Shown: positions 28,400-39,166, counted from the first letter of the stretch. The stretch is 44,195 nt of DNA from Vulcanimicrobiaceae bacterium (GCA_046262595.1 JBHEMM010000003.1:42420-86614); one strand, 5' to 3'. Notes: generated by a model from the letters alone, not told the origin. Numbers and translations are program-made.

Positions 28400-28882
28400 G
28401 TGCGGCGGCGGCGGAATCTGCGCGTCTTGCGCGAGGCGTTTGAGCAGCGTTGAGGGCGTGACGGCCTCACCGTAGCCGGCTTCCGTGGAAACCTTCGAGA
28501 GGTTGATCAGCGACGGTATGGCCGCATCGGGATCGAATTGATACTCGCCGTCGAAATCTAAGCCGGAGATCCGCACGAGCTGGTGCATTTCGTCCAGATC
28601 GAGCGCGATGCGGTGTTCGCGAAAGCGCAGCCGCACGCGTTCGGGTTTGAGCAGCCGGATAAATTTCACGCCGGTGCGCTCGCCTAAGATCGCGTTCAAA
28701 CGCTTTATGCCGGTCTGCAGCTGCGCTCCGAACGCCGCGAAAGCACTTTGCGCGTCGTCGAACGCCGCGGGGCTGCCGCTGCCGTCGATCGCTTTTTCAA
28801 TCTCACGGCGCGCGCGGATCTTCGTTGCGGCGGCAACGATTGGATTCTGTGCGGTGAAGTCTTCGTCGAACGGGCCGGCCAT
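28370..28882 (-). CDS. Hypothetical cytoplasmic protein
   Basis: ~170-aa ORF with globular composition fills the gap between nth and the next peptidase. No recognised motif. Confidence 0.75.
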   Translation of the reverse strand: MAGPFDEDFTAQNPIVAAATKIRARREIEKAIDGSGSPAAFDDAQSAFAAFGAQLQTGIKRLNAILGERTGVKFIRLLKPERVRLRFREHRIALDLDEMHQLVRISGLDFDGEYQFDPDAAIPSLINLSKVSTEAGYGEAVTPSTLLKRLAQDAQIPPPPHLSGPGPLQF

Positions 28883-28908
28883 CTGCACAAGTATTACGAA
28901 GGGGCCCG

Positions 28909-31002
28909 GTGAACTCCGCCTGCATGGTGTTCGGTCTTGCGCTTGCGGCGGCGCTCACGTTCGATCAGATATTCGGCGCGCAGCCGCCGTGGGGCTCGCA
29001 GCCCGAGCGGGTGCAATGGGCGCCCGCAGGAACCTCCGTTCTGTATGTGCTCCCAACGCAGGATGGGGCGCAAGCCGTGCCCGTGCTGCAGCTCGACCTG
29101 CAGACCCGCCAAGCGCGCGTCCTCATCGATCCGGCGCGTTATGGCCGCAAAGCGCGCACGCCGGCGCATGTGTCGTGGTCGCCGGACGGCAGGCGGGTCG
29201 CGTTCTCGATAAACGGCACGGTTTACGTGCGCGACATGGCGACCGGGTTCGATCGCACGATCGCGCACGACGCCGGCGACATATTGTGGTCTCCACAGAG
29301 CGACGCCTTGGCGTACACGCGGCATGCAAATCTTTTTCTCACGCGCTTGGAAGCGAAACTGCGCACGGTTCAGCTCACCGAAGACGGAGAGCCGGGCGCA
29401 GTGCTGAACGGCGAGCTTGATTGGGTTTATCCCGAAGAATTGGGGATCGAGCACGGCTTCGCGTGGTCGCCGAGCGGAAAAGCGATCGCGTATCTGCGTC
29501 TGGACGAACGCGGCGTTACGAATTTTCCGATCGTTGATTTTCTCACTGCGGTCAACACGGTGACCTATCAGCGCTACCCGCTGCCCGGCGAGCGAAACCC
29601 GCGGGGCGCGCTGCACGTTATCGACGTTTCCACCGGCGCCGACCGCACGCTGTACGACGCGGCCGCACGCGATGAGTACGTGAGCGCCTTCGCGTGGAAA
29701 CCGAAAGCGGACGTGCTGGTCGCGCAGCTCTTGGATCGTTCGCAGCAGGACGTGCGCTTTCTCCAGTGGGGCGCCGCGCGTAACCCTGAAACGCTTTACA
29801 CGCAGCATTCAAACACGTGGGTCGATACGATCGCGCTTCCCCTTTGGCTGCAGGACGGCACCTCGGTGTGGATCCTCGATCGGGCCAACGTCAAAAGTTT
29901 ATACCGCCGGGGCCGGGACGGCTCGTTCGCCAAGCTCGAGCGCGCATTCCACGTGTTCCAACTTTTGGGCGCCGACGAATCGCAGCACCGCGTCTTCGTG
30001 AGCGCCGCATATCCGACGCGCCGCGACCGCGCGCTGCTGGCTGTTCCCTTAGACGGCGGGCCGCTGCAAAATGTAACGCCGCAACCCGGCGACCACGCCG
30101 TCTCGCTGGCGCCCTCGACCGATGCGTTCGTCGATACCTTCTCGACCTTGAACGATCCGCCGCAAACCGATGTACGGCGCATCAGCGGCGACGTCATAAC
30201 GACGCTTGCGCCGCGCAGTGGCGAGCTGCGATCGGAGCTGCTCCCGGTGCAGCTCGTGCAAGTCGACTCCTCGTACGGCCCGCTCGACGCATACCTGATC
30301 GAGCCGCCGGGCTTCGATGCTTCGAAACGCTATCCCGCGATCGTGTATGCGTACGGCGGACCTGAAGCGCCCACAACGTCGAACCGTTTCGGCCGCATGC
30401 GCGGCCTCTATCATCAGATGCTCGCGCGCGCCGGTTTCATCGTGTTCAGCATCGACGGGCCGGCCTCGCAGTACGGCAACTCCAACGGCGTGCGGCTGCT
30501 GTATAAGAACTTCGGCCCCGGTTCGCTGCTCGGCCAGGAAGCCGGCGCGCAGTATTTGCGTTCGCTGCCGTTCGTCGACGGCGCGCGTTTGGGTATCTGG
30601 GGCTGGAGTTTCGGCGGTTTTGAAACGCTCTACGCACTTACGCACCGTTCCTCGTTCAAAGCAGGCGTCGCCGGTTCGCCCGTATCGGACTGGCACCTGT
30701 ACGATTCGATCTACACCGAACGGTATATGGGTCTTCCGCAGAAAAACGCCGCTGCGTACGAGCGCAGTTCCGTGCTTGCCGCACTGCCGCAGCTGCACGG
30801 CAGCGTGCTCGTCAATCACGGCACGGCGGATGACAACGTGCACATGGCCAACAGCATCGCCTTCTTGCAGGCCGCGGTTGCCGCCGGTAAAACGCCCGTC
30901 GATTTCTTCGCGTACCCGCGCCAGTTGCACGGTTACACCTCGCTGCTCTCGCTGCGGCACATCTACGAGCATATGCTCGAATGGTGGAAGGCCCATCTCT
31001 GA
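28909..31002 (+). CDS. Dipeptidyl peptidase IV-like S9B peptidase
   Basis: NGELDWVYPEE, RYPLPGERNP, YGGP, GWSFGG, YDSIYTERYMG, HGTADDNVH, QLHG. Confidence 0.93.
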   Translation: MNSACMVFGLALAAALTFDQIFGAQPPWGSQPERVQWAPAGTSVLYVLPTQDGAQAVPVLQLDLQTRQARVLIDPARYGRKARTPAHVSWSPDGRRVAFSINGTVYVRDMATGFDRTIAHDAGDILWSPQSDALAYTRHANLFLTRLEAKLRTVQLTEDGEPGAVLNGELDWVYPEELGIEHGFAWSPSGKAIAYLRLDERGVTNFPIVDFLTAVNTVTYQRYPLPGERNPRGALHVIDVSTGADRTLYDAAARDEYVSAFAWKPKADVLVAQLLDRSQQDVRFLQWGAARNPETLYTQHSNTWVDTIALPLWLQDGTSVWILDRANVKSLYRRGRDGSFAKLERAFHVFQLLGADESQHRVFVSAAYPTRRDRALLAVPLDGGPLQNVTPQPGDHAVSLAPSTDAFVDTFSTLNDPPQTDVRRISGDVITTLAPRSGELRSELLPVQLVQVDSSYGPLDAYLIEPPGFDASKRYPAIVYAYGGPEAPTTSNRFGRMRGLYHQMLARAGFIVFSIDGPASQYGNSNGVRLLYKNFGPGSLLGQEAGAQYLRSLPFVDGARLGIWGWSFGGFETLYALTHRSSFKAGVAGSPVSDWHLYDSIYTERYMGLPQKNAAAYERSSVLAALPQLHGSVLVNHGTADDNVHMANSIAFLQAAVAAGKTPVDFFAYPRQLHGYTSLLSLRHIYEHMLEWWKAHL

Positions 31003-31023
31003 TTGCGGCCCAATAGACTCGCC

Positions 31024-31845
31024 ATGGAAGAAGGCTCCGCCCCGCGCGCGCCGGTGCCCGATTTTCGCGTCGTCGTCGATACGCCCGGCTGGCGCAACGT
31101 ACGGCCACGCATTCCCGACACGCCGCAGCGCCGCACGCTTGAACGGCAGCGTTCCGTACGCGAACTCGTTTTCGGCGTCCAAGACGGCATCCTCACCACG
31201 CTGGGAATTGCAACGGGCATCGGCGTAGCCGAGGGCAAGAATTGGTTCGTGCTGATCAGCGGTTTGCTGGCTTTGCTTGCCGGCGCGCTTTCGATGGGCG
31301 TCGGCGAATATCTCGGCGGCAAAGCCGAGCGCGAGGTCGTGCAGGCTGCTATCGACATGGAGCGCGAGGAGATGGCGACCAATCCACACGACGAATTCGC
31401 CGAGCAGGTTGCATACTATAAGCTCAAAGGCTTCAGCTCCGAAGAAGCGCATACGATCGTTTTGCGTCTTTCGCAAAACCCGGAGATCTATTTGTACGAG
31501 ATGATGCGCGACGAGTTCGGCATCGATCCGCGCATTGCGGAGCAGACCAGTCTGCGCCCCGCGTTTCAGATGGCGGCATCTTTTGCGGCCGGCGCGCTGC
31601 TGCCGCTCGTTCCATATTTCTTCGCTTGGCGCGGATTTTGGACGCTGGGTGTGAGCCTGGGGCTGGCCGTTACCGGACTATTCGGCATCGGATACTATGC
31701 GGGCACGCTCACGAACCGCGTGAACTGGCACAAGGGCTTGGAGATCGTCGCCTACGGCATGGTCGTGTTTGCGATCTCCTGGGCGGTGGGGTGGCTGCTG
31801 CCGCAGCTCTTCGGACACCCGGGCATCAGTCTAACGACGGGCTAA
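31024..31845 (+). CDS. VIT1/CCC1 family Fe/Mn transporter
   Basis: RELVFGVQDG, AGALSMGVGEY, acidic cytoplasmic domain, SFAAGALLPLVPY. Confidence 0.9.
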   Translation: MEEGSAPRAPVPDFRVVVDTPGWRNVRPRIPDTPQRRTLERQRSVRELVFGVQDGILTTLGIATGIGVAEGKNWFVLISGLLALLAGALSMGVGEYLGGKAEREVVQAAIDMEREEMATNPHDEFAEQVAYYKLKGFSSEEAHTIVLRLSQNPEIYLYEMMRDEFGIDPRIAEQTSLRPAFQMAASFAAGALLPLVPYFFAWRGFWTLGVSLGLAVTGLFGIGYYAGTLTNRVNWHKGLEIVAYGMVVFAISWAVGWLLPQLFGHPGISLTTG

Positions 31846-31854
31846 CGCCGCGGA

Positions 31855-31892
31855 AAAAAGAAAGAGGACGCGAAGCGCTTCGCGTCCTTTTT
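31855..31892. terminator. Bidirectional intrinsic terminator
   Basis: Perfect 24-bp palindrome AGGACGCGAAGC/GCTTCGCGTCCT (31865-31888), flanked by A-rich and T-rich tracts, between convergent genes. Confidence 0.85.
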
Positions 31893-31919
31893 AGGTTTAA
31901 CGAGGAGGAAAAAAGACGG

Positions 31920-32306
31920 TTATTTTTTGCCGGTCTTCGCTTTCGCTTTAGACTTGGCTTTGGTTTTCTTTGCGGTCGCTGCCTTTTTCGCAACTTTGGC
32001 AGCCGTTTTCTTGATGGCTGCTTTCTTCGCTGCTTTCTTTGCGACGGCGGATTTTTTGGTGCTCTTGGCTTTTACCTTACCGGCTTTCGCCTTGACTTTA
32101 TCGGCCATCTTGATTTTCTTCGCGGCCGTTTTCGCCTTAGCGGCGGACTTCTTCGACGCGACCTTCGCCTTTACGGCGGCCTTTTTTGTCGCCGTCGTCG
32201 TTTTAACGGTCGTCTTTGCAGCCGTCATTTTTGCGGCGGGAGCGGCCATGGCCGTGCCCGTCAGAAGAAACGCGGATGCAACGATGGATGCAAGAATCTT
32301 TTTCAA
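31920..32306 (-). CDS. Secreted Lys/Ala-rich histone-H1-like protein (128 aa)
   Basis: TTG start at 32306 lies 8 nt after AGGAGG (32315-32320). Sec signal MKKILASIVASAFLLTGTAMA, then AAKK/KAK low-complexity repeats. Confidence 0.85.
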   Translation of the reverse strand: MKKILASIVASAFLLTGTAMAAPAAKMTAAKTTVKTTTATKKAAVKAKVASKKSAAKAKTAAKKIKMADKVKAKAGKVKAKSTKKSAVAKKAAKKAAIKKTAAKVAKKAATAKKTKAKSKAKAKTGKK

Positions 32307-32345
32307 GTGAGTGTCCTCCTTCCCGCAATACTCGGGTGCCGCCGC

Positions 32346-32374
32346 GCAATAGCGAAACGGCGCCACGCTGACAA
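32346..32374 (-). promoter_or_regulatory. Possible sigma70-type promoter of the Lys/Ala-rich gene
   Basis: TTGTCA-N17-TATTGC on the minus strand. The -10 element is imperfect. Confidence 0.3.
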
Positions 32375-32428
32375 TAACGCCAGCGGACGCCGCAATCTTC
32401 CAGCCGTCCCGGGAAGGAACCTTTTAGC

Positions 32429-33604
32429 CTACTTCGCCTTCCATTTGCCCACCAGAGCGCGGGAAATGACGAGCCGCTGAATCTGCTGCGTTCCCTCGTA
32501 GATCTGCGTGATCTTGGCGTCGCGCATCATGCGCTCGACGGGATAATCGACCGAGTATCCATAGCCCCCGAGCACCTGCACCGCATCGGTCGAAACGCTC
32601 ATCGCAACGTCGCCGCACTTGAGCTTGCACATCGCCGCCCAGAGCGTTACGTCCGCCGCGCCCTCGTCGCATTTGCGGGCCGCCTCGTACAGCAGCAGGC
32701 GCGCGGCTTCGACCTCGGTCTTCATGTCGGCCAGCATGAACCCGATGCCTTGCTGCTGGCCGATGGGCTTCCCGAACGCCATCCGCTCCTGCGCATATTT
32801 CGTCGCGTATTCGAGCGCGCCCGCCGCGATGCCGAGCGCCTGCGCGGCGATGCCGGGACGCGATTTGTCGAGCACTTTCATGGCGATTTTGAAGCCGTCG
32901 CCTTCGGGGCCGATCAAATTTTCCGCCGGCACTTCGCAATCTTCGAACACCAGCTCGACCGTCGGTGAGCCGCGGATGCCCATCTTTTTCTCCAGCTTGC
33001 CGACGCTGAAGCCCTTGAAGCCCTTCTCGACGATGAAGGCGCTGATGCCGCTGGGGCCGCTGCTGGGATCCGTCACCGCGAATACGCACACGACGTCGGC
33101 AACGCTGCCGTTTGTAATCCAAATTTTCTGACCGTTGAGAATATAGGTATCGCCCTTGCGCTCGGCGCGCGTTCGCATCGATCCGGCCGCATCGGATCCG
33201 CTCCCCGCCTCAGTCAATGCGTACGCCGCGATCCATTCGCCGTTGGCGAGTTTGGGCAAATACTTGCGCTTTTGATCCTCGCTGCCGCCGATGAGGATCG
33301 GGAGCATGCCGAGCTCCTGCACCGCAACGATGAGCGAACTGGAAGCGCACGCTTTGGCGATCTCTTCAACCACTTTGACATACGTGAGGAACGTGCCGCC
33401 CAAACCACCGTATTCGGCCGGTATCGGGATGCCGAGCAGATCGTTCTCGGCAAAAACTTTGCGGATATCTTGCGGGTATTCACCGCGCTCGTCGATCGCT
33501 GCGGCCCGGGGTGCGACTTTTTCAGCAACCAGTTCACGCACGGCACTGAGGATCATCGTCTCTTCGCCGGCGGTTGCGGCGTGGTTCGTACTCGCTGCTG
33601 TCAT
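32429..33604 (-). CDS. Acyl-CoA dehydrogenase
   Basis: ALTEAGSGSD, LNGQKIWITNG, KMGIRGS, RMAFGKPI, RDAKITQIYEGT. Confidence 0.95.
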   Translation of the reverse strand: MTAASTNHAATAGEETMILSAVRELVAEKVAPRAAAIDERGEYPQDIRKVFAENDLLGIPIPAEYGGLGGTFLTYVKVVEEIAKACASSSLIVAVQELGMLPILIGGSEDQKRKYLPKLANGEWIAAYALTEAGSGSDAAGSMRTRAERKGDTYILNGQKIWITNGSVADVVCVFAVTDPSSGPSGISAFIVEKGFKGFSVGKLEKKMGIRGSPTVELVFEDCEVPAENLIGPEGDGFKIAMKVLDKSRPGIAAQALGIAAGALEYATKYAQERMAFGKPIGQQQGIGFMLADMKTEVEAARLLLYEAARKCDEGAADVTLWAAMCKLKCGDVAMSVSTDAVQVLGGYGYSVDYPVERMMRDAKITQIYEGTQQIQRLVISRALVGKWKAK

Positions 33605-33643
33605 GCGGGAAAACTTCGCGGGGCGGCATACTACGGCCTACGT

Positions 33644-34399
33644 ATGGACAAAGTCGTAGCCTCGTGCGCGCAAGCCGTTGCCGACGTCCCCAGCGGCGCT
33701 TCAATCGCCGTCGGCGGGTTCGGTTTAAACGGCATCCCGCACAATCTTATCGGCGCGCTCCTGGAACAGGGCGCCGCGGACCTGGTCACCGTTTCAAACA
33801 ACTGCGGCGTGGATGGGTGGGGCTTGGGAGTGCTGCTGGACGCGCACCGCATCCGCCGCACGACCGGTTCGTACGTCGGCGAGAACAAAGAGTTCGAGCG
33901 ACAGTATCTGCACGGCGAGTTGGAAGTGGAGCTGGTGCCGCAAGGCACGCTTGCCGAGCGTCTGCGCGCGGGCGGCTGCGGCATTCCGGCGTTTTACACG
34001 CCGGCCGGCGTCGGTACGCAGGTGGCACAGGGCGGGCTGCCCTGGCGTTACGACGGCACCGGCGGCATCGCGCTCGCTTCACCGGAAAAAGAAACGCGCG
34101 AATTCAACGGGCGTCCGTACGTCTTGGAACACGGCATCGTGTGCGATTTCGCGCTCGTACGCGCGAGCATTGGCGACCGGCACGGCAATCTCGTGTTTCA
34201 TAAGGCGACGCGCAACTTCAATCCGCTTGCCGGCATGGCCGGTAAAATCACCATCGCGGAGGTTGAAGAGCTCGTCGAGCCCGGCGGAATCGATCCGCAA
34301 GATGTGCATTTACCCGGAATATTCGTGCAGCGCGTCGTGCGAGTCGGCAGCGAAGGCAAGCGCATCGAACGCGTCACCACGCGCAAGAGGGAGGGCTAA
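33644..34399 (+). CDS. scoA: 3-oxoacid CoA-transferase subunit A
   Basis: [48 protein letters not shown]. Confidence 0.93.
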   Translation: MDKVVASCAQAVADVPSGASIAVGGFGLNGIPHNLIGALLEQGAADLVTVSNNCGVDGWGLGVLLDAHRIRRTTGSYVGENKEFERQYLHGELEVELVPQGTLAERLRAGGCGIPAFYTPAGVGTQVAQGGLPWRYDGTGGIALASPEKETREFNGRPYVLEHGIVCDFALVRASIGDRHGNLVFHKATRNFNPLAGMAGKITIAEVEELVEPGGIDPQDVHLPGIFVQRVVRVGSEGKRIERVTTRKREG

Positions 34400-34401
34400 C
34401 C

Positions 34402-35058
34402 GTGCCGCTCACACGCAACGAACTGGCGGCGCGCGTGGCGCAAGAACTGCGCGACGGCGAATACATTAACCTGGGCATCGGTCTTCCTACGCTGATCCCG
34501 AATCACGTGCCGCCCGGAATAACGGTGGTACTGCAGAGCGAAAACGGCATTCTTGGAATGGGCCCGTATCCGTACGAAGGTGAGGAAGATGCGGATCTGA
34601 TCAATGCCGGAAAAGAAACGGTGACGCTGCTGCCGGGCGCATCGTTTTTCGACTCTTCGCTCTCTTTCGGAATGATCCGCGGCGGACATATCGACCTGGC
34701 GGTCCTGGGCGCGATGCAAGTTTCGCAGCGCGGCGATCTGGCGAACTGGATGATTCCCGGCAAGATGGTTAAGGGCATGGGCGGAGCGATGGACTTGGTT
34801 CACGGCGCCAAACAGCTGATCGTCATGATGGAACACGTTTCCAAAGACGGTGCGCACAAGATCGTCGAGTCGTGCGATCTTCCATTGACGGGCGAACGCG
34901 TCGTGAACCGGATTATCACAGACATGGCGGCGATCGATGTAACGGACGGCGGACTCGTGCTGCGCGAAGTCGCTCCGGGCGTGAGCGTGGATGCGGTGCG
35001 CGCCGCAACCGGCGCGGTGCTTCACGTTCCGGCGCAACCCAAAGAGATGGCGCTCTAA
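34402..35058 (+). CDS. scoB: 3-oxoacid CoA-transferase subunit B
   Basis: [15 protein letters not shown] (catalytic Glu), [21 protein letters not shown]. Confidence 0.93.
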   Translation: MPLTRNELAARVAQELRDGEYINLGIGLPTLIPNHVPPGITVVLQSENGILGMGPYPYEGEEDADLINAGKETVTLLPGASFFDSSLSFGMIRGGHIDLAVLGAMQVSQRGDLANWMIPGKMVKGMGGAMDLVHGAKQLIVMMEHVSKDGAHKIVESCDLPLTGERVVNRIITDMAAIDVTDGGLVLREVAPGVSVDAVRAATGAVLHVPAQPKEMAL

Positions 35059-36638
35059 GCGGCTTCGGCTTGCGCGAACGCCGCTCCGCTGCCCGCAATG
35101 CGCGCCGCCGCGAACAACACGAGCAGACAGACTTCGCCTGCCGCGCTCAACATCGCACACGCCGCCCCTAACGGGATGCTGTGCGCGAGGTATCCGGCAA
35201 GCACGCCGGCGATTGCGGGCGGAAAACACAGCGCGTACGTGATCAGCAGACGCACCGCGCCCATCGGTCCGCGCTGATCGATCGTCGAGGGAAACATGGA
35301 ATACGTCGCCAGGCCGACGGCGCGCAGATACAGCACGGCCGCGAACGAGGCCGGCAATGCAAACAGTATCCACAGCGGCAGGTGCAGCGCCAGCGCCCAC
35401 GCCGCCGCGCCCGCAAAAACCACAAGACCGGTCCGCCACGACGTCGCGCACACCCAAGCGGCCAGCCGCGCGCGAAGCGAATGCGGCCCCATCCACCACA
35501 GCGGTTTGCTTAAATCGGTTGCGAGCGTGAGCGCCGACCCCATCGCGACGAACACCATAAACATGATGAACACGGCCGGAAGATATTCGAAGCTTTGCTC
35601 CAGCGCGTTGCTGCTGCGAGCCGCGGCGGTGCCCAGAACCCATCCCGTCAGCGCGCTTGCCCCCACGCCGAAAACGAAGATGCGCTGCGCGCTCGGCGAC
35701 CGCGCGAACGCGATCCACTCTTTCCACGCCAGCGACCACGGGCCGTGCAGCGAACCGAAGGCTTCGGTTATGCGGTCGCGCCCGTTGTCGCGCCTTTGAT
35801 AATCGGCGGGCGCGCGAAACGCGATGCCGGCGCCGCCGCGCGCGCGCTGCTTGAACGAAAGCGCGCGCATAGCGGATGCGTAGAGCTCGGGGTATACATC
35901 ATCACCGCACAGCCATGCCGCGGCGAGCAGCACCGCGCAAACCGCCCAAAGAACGCCGGCGGCGCGCATGTCGCCGGCGAGCAGCGCGTTCATGAAGCGG
36001 CCCGCGCCCAAGCGTATGATGCCTTCGGCCGTCGCATTCCGGCGCAAGTAACCGGAGAGAACGATAAGCATCGGAAAGAGCGCGATAGCCGCCAGCGCGC
36101 CTGGAAGTGCCTGCGCGGTACGCATGCCCACGGTGCGGCGAAGTTTAAGGCACGGCACAGATACCGCAGCTATGGCTGCCGTCGCGCCGAGCGCCGAGAC
36201 AGCAAGTGCGGCGAGATTCGCCGAGCGCGCTGCCACCATCGCATAAAAAACGAAACTTAACGTGATCCGGGCGAGCAGCGCCGTGCATCTTCGCAGTTGC
36301 AGCCAAAGCACGACGGTGCGCGCATCCAGCGTCGAGCCGGTCAAAAAACGCGCATCGGCGGTTGAGCTGAACGTGCTGGAAAAGCCCGACGCGGCTCCGT
36401 ATGCGACGACGGCGAACAGCGCGAGCAGCGCAAATGCGGCGGCGCTGGCGAAGGGTTCCATTAAGTGCGGTGCGCGCGGAGCGAGCTGGCCGCGGACCAT
36501 CCGTACGGATGCCATCACAACGAAATAGGCAGCGATAAGGACGTAAAAAACCGTGCGGCTTGTCGACGTGAGAATCGTTTTGACGCGGTTGACGATCTGG
36601 CGCCGTTCCAAAAACCACAGCGCGTCTAAACCGGCCAC
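35055..36638 (-). CDS. Putative ABC exporter membrane subunit
   Basis: Multi-TM ORF directly downstream of an ABC ATPase. ADARFL and LAWKEW motifs resemble putative ABC-exporter permeases. GTG start at 36638. Confidence 0.75.
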   Translation of the reverse strand: MAGLDALWFLERRQIVNRVKTILTSTSRTVFYVLIAAYFVVMASVRMVRGQLAPRAPHLMEPFASAAAFALLALFAVVAYGAASGFSSTFSSTADARFLTGSTLDARTVVLWLQLRRCTALLARITLSFVFYAMVAARSANLAALAVSALGATAAIAAVSVPCLKLRRTVGMRTAQALPGALAAIALFPMLIVLSGYLRRNATAEGIIRLGAGRFMNALLAGDMRAAGVLWAVCAVLLAAAWLCGDDVYPELYASAMRALSFKQRARGGAGIAFRAPADYQRRDNGRDRITEAFGSLHGPWSLAWKEWIAFARSPSAQRIFVFGVGASALTGWVLGTAAARSSNALEQSFEYLPAVFIMFMVFVAMGSALTLATDLSKPLWWMGPHSLRARLAAWVCATSWRTGLVVFAGAAAWALALHLPLWILFALPASFAAVLYLRAVGLATYSMFPSTIDQRGPMGAVRLLITYALCFPPAIAGVLAGYLAHSIPLGAACAMLSAAGEVCLLVLFAAARIAGSGAAFAQAEAA

Positions 36639-36640
36639 CG

Positions 36641-37351
36641 CTATTGCGTCAATTGCAGAAAGAGGTCTTCGGCACCGGCATGCGTGCCGAGTTGGGCCTG
36701 CAGTTCGTCGAACGTGCCTTGCGCCACCATTCTGCCGGCTTTCAAGATTACGACCCGGTCGCAAAGCGCTTGCGCCTGTTCGAGCATATGCGTGCTAATC
36801 ACGATGGCGGCGCCGTTGCCGCTCAGGTCGCGCATGATGCTGCGCAGCTCGCGCTGCCCGAGCGGGTCGAGCCCGATGGTCGGTTCGTCGAAAAGCAGCA
36901 CGGGCGTCGAAGCGATCACCGTCGCGGCGACGAGCGTTTTCTGGCGCATGCCTTTGGAAAGCGATCCGCCCAGGGTGCCGGCTTCGGCCGTCATTCCGAA
37001 GCGTTCCAAAAGGTCGCGCCCGCGCGTTTCCCAGCCGGGCGCAATGCGGCAACTTTTCGCGACGAACTCGAGATGCTCCCAAACGGTGAGCATGGGGTAA
37101 ACGTCGGGCGATTCGGGGATGAGCGCGACCGTTTGTCCGCGCGACGTGCCTAAGTGCGCGCCGTTCCAGCGGAATGAGCCGCCGTCCGGGCGCAGCAGGC
37201 CGGCCGCGCAGAGAAACGTCGTGCTTTTGCCTGCGCCGTTCGGCCCGAGCAAGCCGACAATCTCGCCCGCGCTCACGGCGAACGAAAGATCCTCGACGGC
37301 AATTTTCTTGCCGTAGCGTTTGGTGAGGGCGTCGATTTCGAGCGCGGGCAT
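36641..37351 (-). CDS. ABC transporter ATP-binding protein
   Basis: GPNGAGKST, LSKGMRQK, LLFDEP, STH. Confidence 0.94.
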   Translation of the reverse strand: MPALEIDALTKRYGKKIAVEDLSFAVSAGEIVGLLGPNGAGKSTTFLCAAGLLRPDGGSFRWNGAHLGTSRGQTVALIPESPDVYPMLTVWEHLEFVAKSCRIAPGWETRGRDLLERFGMTAEAGTLGGSLSKGMRQKTLVAATVIASTPVLLFDEPTIGLDPLGQRELRSIMRDLSGNGAAIVISTHMLEQAQALCDRVVILKAGRMVAQGTFDELQAQLGTHAGAEDLFLQLTQ

Positions 37352-39150
37352 TACACTGCCGGAGTTCGCGATTCGTCCCGGAATTGCTTGCGGTACAGGC
37401 GTGCGTATTCGCCGCTGCGGGCCATGAGCACGGGATGGGTGCCGTGTTCGACGATGCGTCCTTGCTCGACGACGAAAATGACGTGTGCCGACAGAATCGT
37501 CGAGAGCCGGTGCGCGATCACTAAACTCGTGCGTCCGCGCATCAGCGGAACCAGCGCGTCCTGAATCGCCGCTTCGTTGTGCGAATCGAGCGCGCTCGTG
37601 GCTTCATCTAAGATCAATATTCGCGGGTTCTTCAGCAAAACGCGTGCGATGGCCAAGCGCTGGCGCTCGCCGCCGGAAAGCTTGTGGCCGCGCTCGCCCA
37701 CGATGGTGTCGTAACCGGCGGGCAGCGAACTGATGAAGTCGTGAATGTTCGCCGCGCGCGCCGCCGCTTGCAGTTCTTCGGCGCTCGCATGGGGCTTCGC
37801 GTAGCGCAAATTCGCGGCGATGGAATCGTGAAAAAGGTACGTTTCTTGAGTCACGATCCCGATGTCGCGGCGCAGGGACTCGAGCGTAATCGTCCGTACG
37901 TCGTGTCCGTCGACGAACACCTGTCCCGACTCCGGATCGTAGAAGCGCGGAACCAGCTGCGTGATCGTCGTCTTTCCGCCGCCGGACGGGCCGACGAACG
38001 CAGCGACTTGGCCGGGCGCGATATGCATCGAGAGATCTTGCAGCACGGGCCGCTCGCCGTTGTAAGAAAAACTCACATTTTCGAAACGCACGTCGCCCGC
38101 GGTTGACGGGAGCGAAAGCGCGCCGGGCGGCGTGTACGGTTCGGGCGTCATATCGAGATACTCGAAGATCCGTTCGAATACGGCCAAAGCGCTCACGATC
38201 TGCACTTGAATGCCCGCGAGCGAAGCGGCCGATCCGTACAAGCGGCCCTGAATGTATTGAACGAAAGCGACGACAACGCCAACGGCGATCGCCTTATGCA
38301 GCGCGAGCCATCCGCCGCCCAGCCAGACGATTGCCGGACCGATAATGACCATCGCGCCGATCCCGGCGATGAACCAGCGGCCGACCATTGCCAGGCGCAC
38401 TTCCAAATCCATCAAAGCCGTGCCCGTGCGATAAAAACGGGCGCGTTCGAACGCTTCACGCGCGAACGATTTTATCAGGGTGATGCCGGAGATTGAAAGC
38501 GTCTCCTGCGTGATCGATTCGATCTCATCGCGCTTTTCACGCGTTAATTTCCGGATGGCGTGCATGCGCCGTCCGACGGGCCCGAGCGGCAAAATCATCA
38601 GCGGAACGATAACGACCGAGAGCAGCGCGAGCCGCCAATTCCACAAGAACATCCAAAGGACGGTCGTAAGAATGGTGACGAGATTGGTAAGAATCGACGT
38701 CAGCGTGCCCGTGACGACGTTGTCGATATTGTCCACGTCGCCCGAAACGCGGTTCATGATCTCCCCGGTTTTCGTTCCGGTGAAAAAGCGCAGCGGCATA
38801 CGGTGCAGATGCGAAACCAAGTGCGTGCGTATGTCGCGCATGATGCCTTCGCCGACGATCGAGTTCAAGTATCCCTGGAGCACGCCCAGCAGCATCGTCA
38901 CGACCGCGGCGGCGAGCATCAGCCCGACGTCGCGCGCCAATTCGGGGAAACCGCCGTGCGGGATGGCGTGATCGATGATGCGCGCCATCAAATACGCCGG
39001 AACCAGGCCGATCACCGCCGCGAGGACGATGCACGCCAGCACGATCGCCTGCTGCTTCCAGTATGGTGAAAAAAGCGCGCCGATCCGTTTCCAATCGACG
39101 CGCTTGGGAGCCTTGGGCTTTTCCGGATCGAAGGCGCCGGACCACATCAT
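37351..39150 (-). CDS. ABC exporter, fused permease-ATPase (MdlB/MsbA-like)
   Basis: N-terminal TM domain, GPSGGGKTT, LSGGERQR, ILDEATSALD, IAHRLST. Confidence 0.95.
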   Translation of the reverse strand: MMWSGAFDPEKPKAPKRVDWKRIGALFSPYWKQQAIVLACIVLAAVIGLVPAYLMARIIDHAIPHGGFPELARDVGLMLAAAVVTMLLGVLQGYLNSIVGEGIMRDIRTHLVSHLHRMPLRFFTGTKTGEIMNRVSGDVDNIDNVVTGTLTSILTNLVTILTTVLWMFLWNWRLALLSVVIVPLMILPLGPVGRRMHAIRKLTREKRDEIESITQETLSISGITLIKSFAREAFERARFYRTGTALMDLEVRLAMVGRWFIAGIGAMVIIGPAIVWLGGGWLALHKAIAVGVVVAFVQYIQGRLYGSAASLAGIQVQIVSALAVFERIFEYLDMTPEPYTPPGALSLPSTAGDVRFENVSFSYNGERPVLQDLSMHIAPGQVAAFVGPSGGGKTTITQLVPRFYDPESGQVFVDGHDVRTITLESLRRDIGIVTQETYLFHDSIAANLRYAKPHASAEELQAAARAANIHDFISSLPAGYDTIVGERGHKLSGGERQRLAIARVLLKNPRILILDEATSALDSHNEAAIQDALVPLMRGRTSLVIAHRLSTILSAHVIFVVEQGRIVEHGTHPVLMARSGEYARLYRKQFRDESRTPAV

Positions 39151-39166
39151 CCGGTGGGCGGAAAAA

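Noticed and set aside
31927..32310. Hydrophobic Phe/Ala-rich plus-strand ORF resembling a membrane protein
   Set aside because: It is the reverse complement of Lys/Ala codons. The Shine-Dalgarno and signal peptide support the minus strand.
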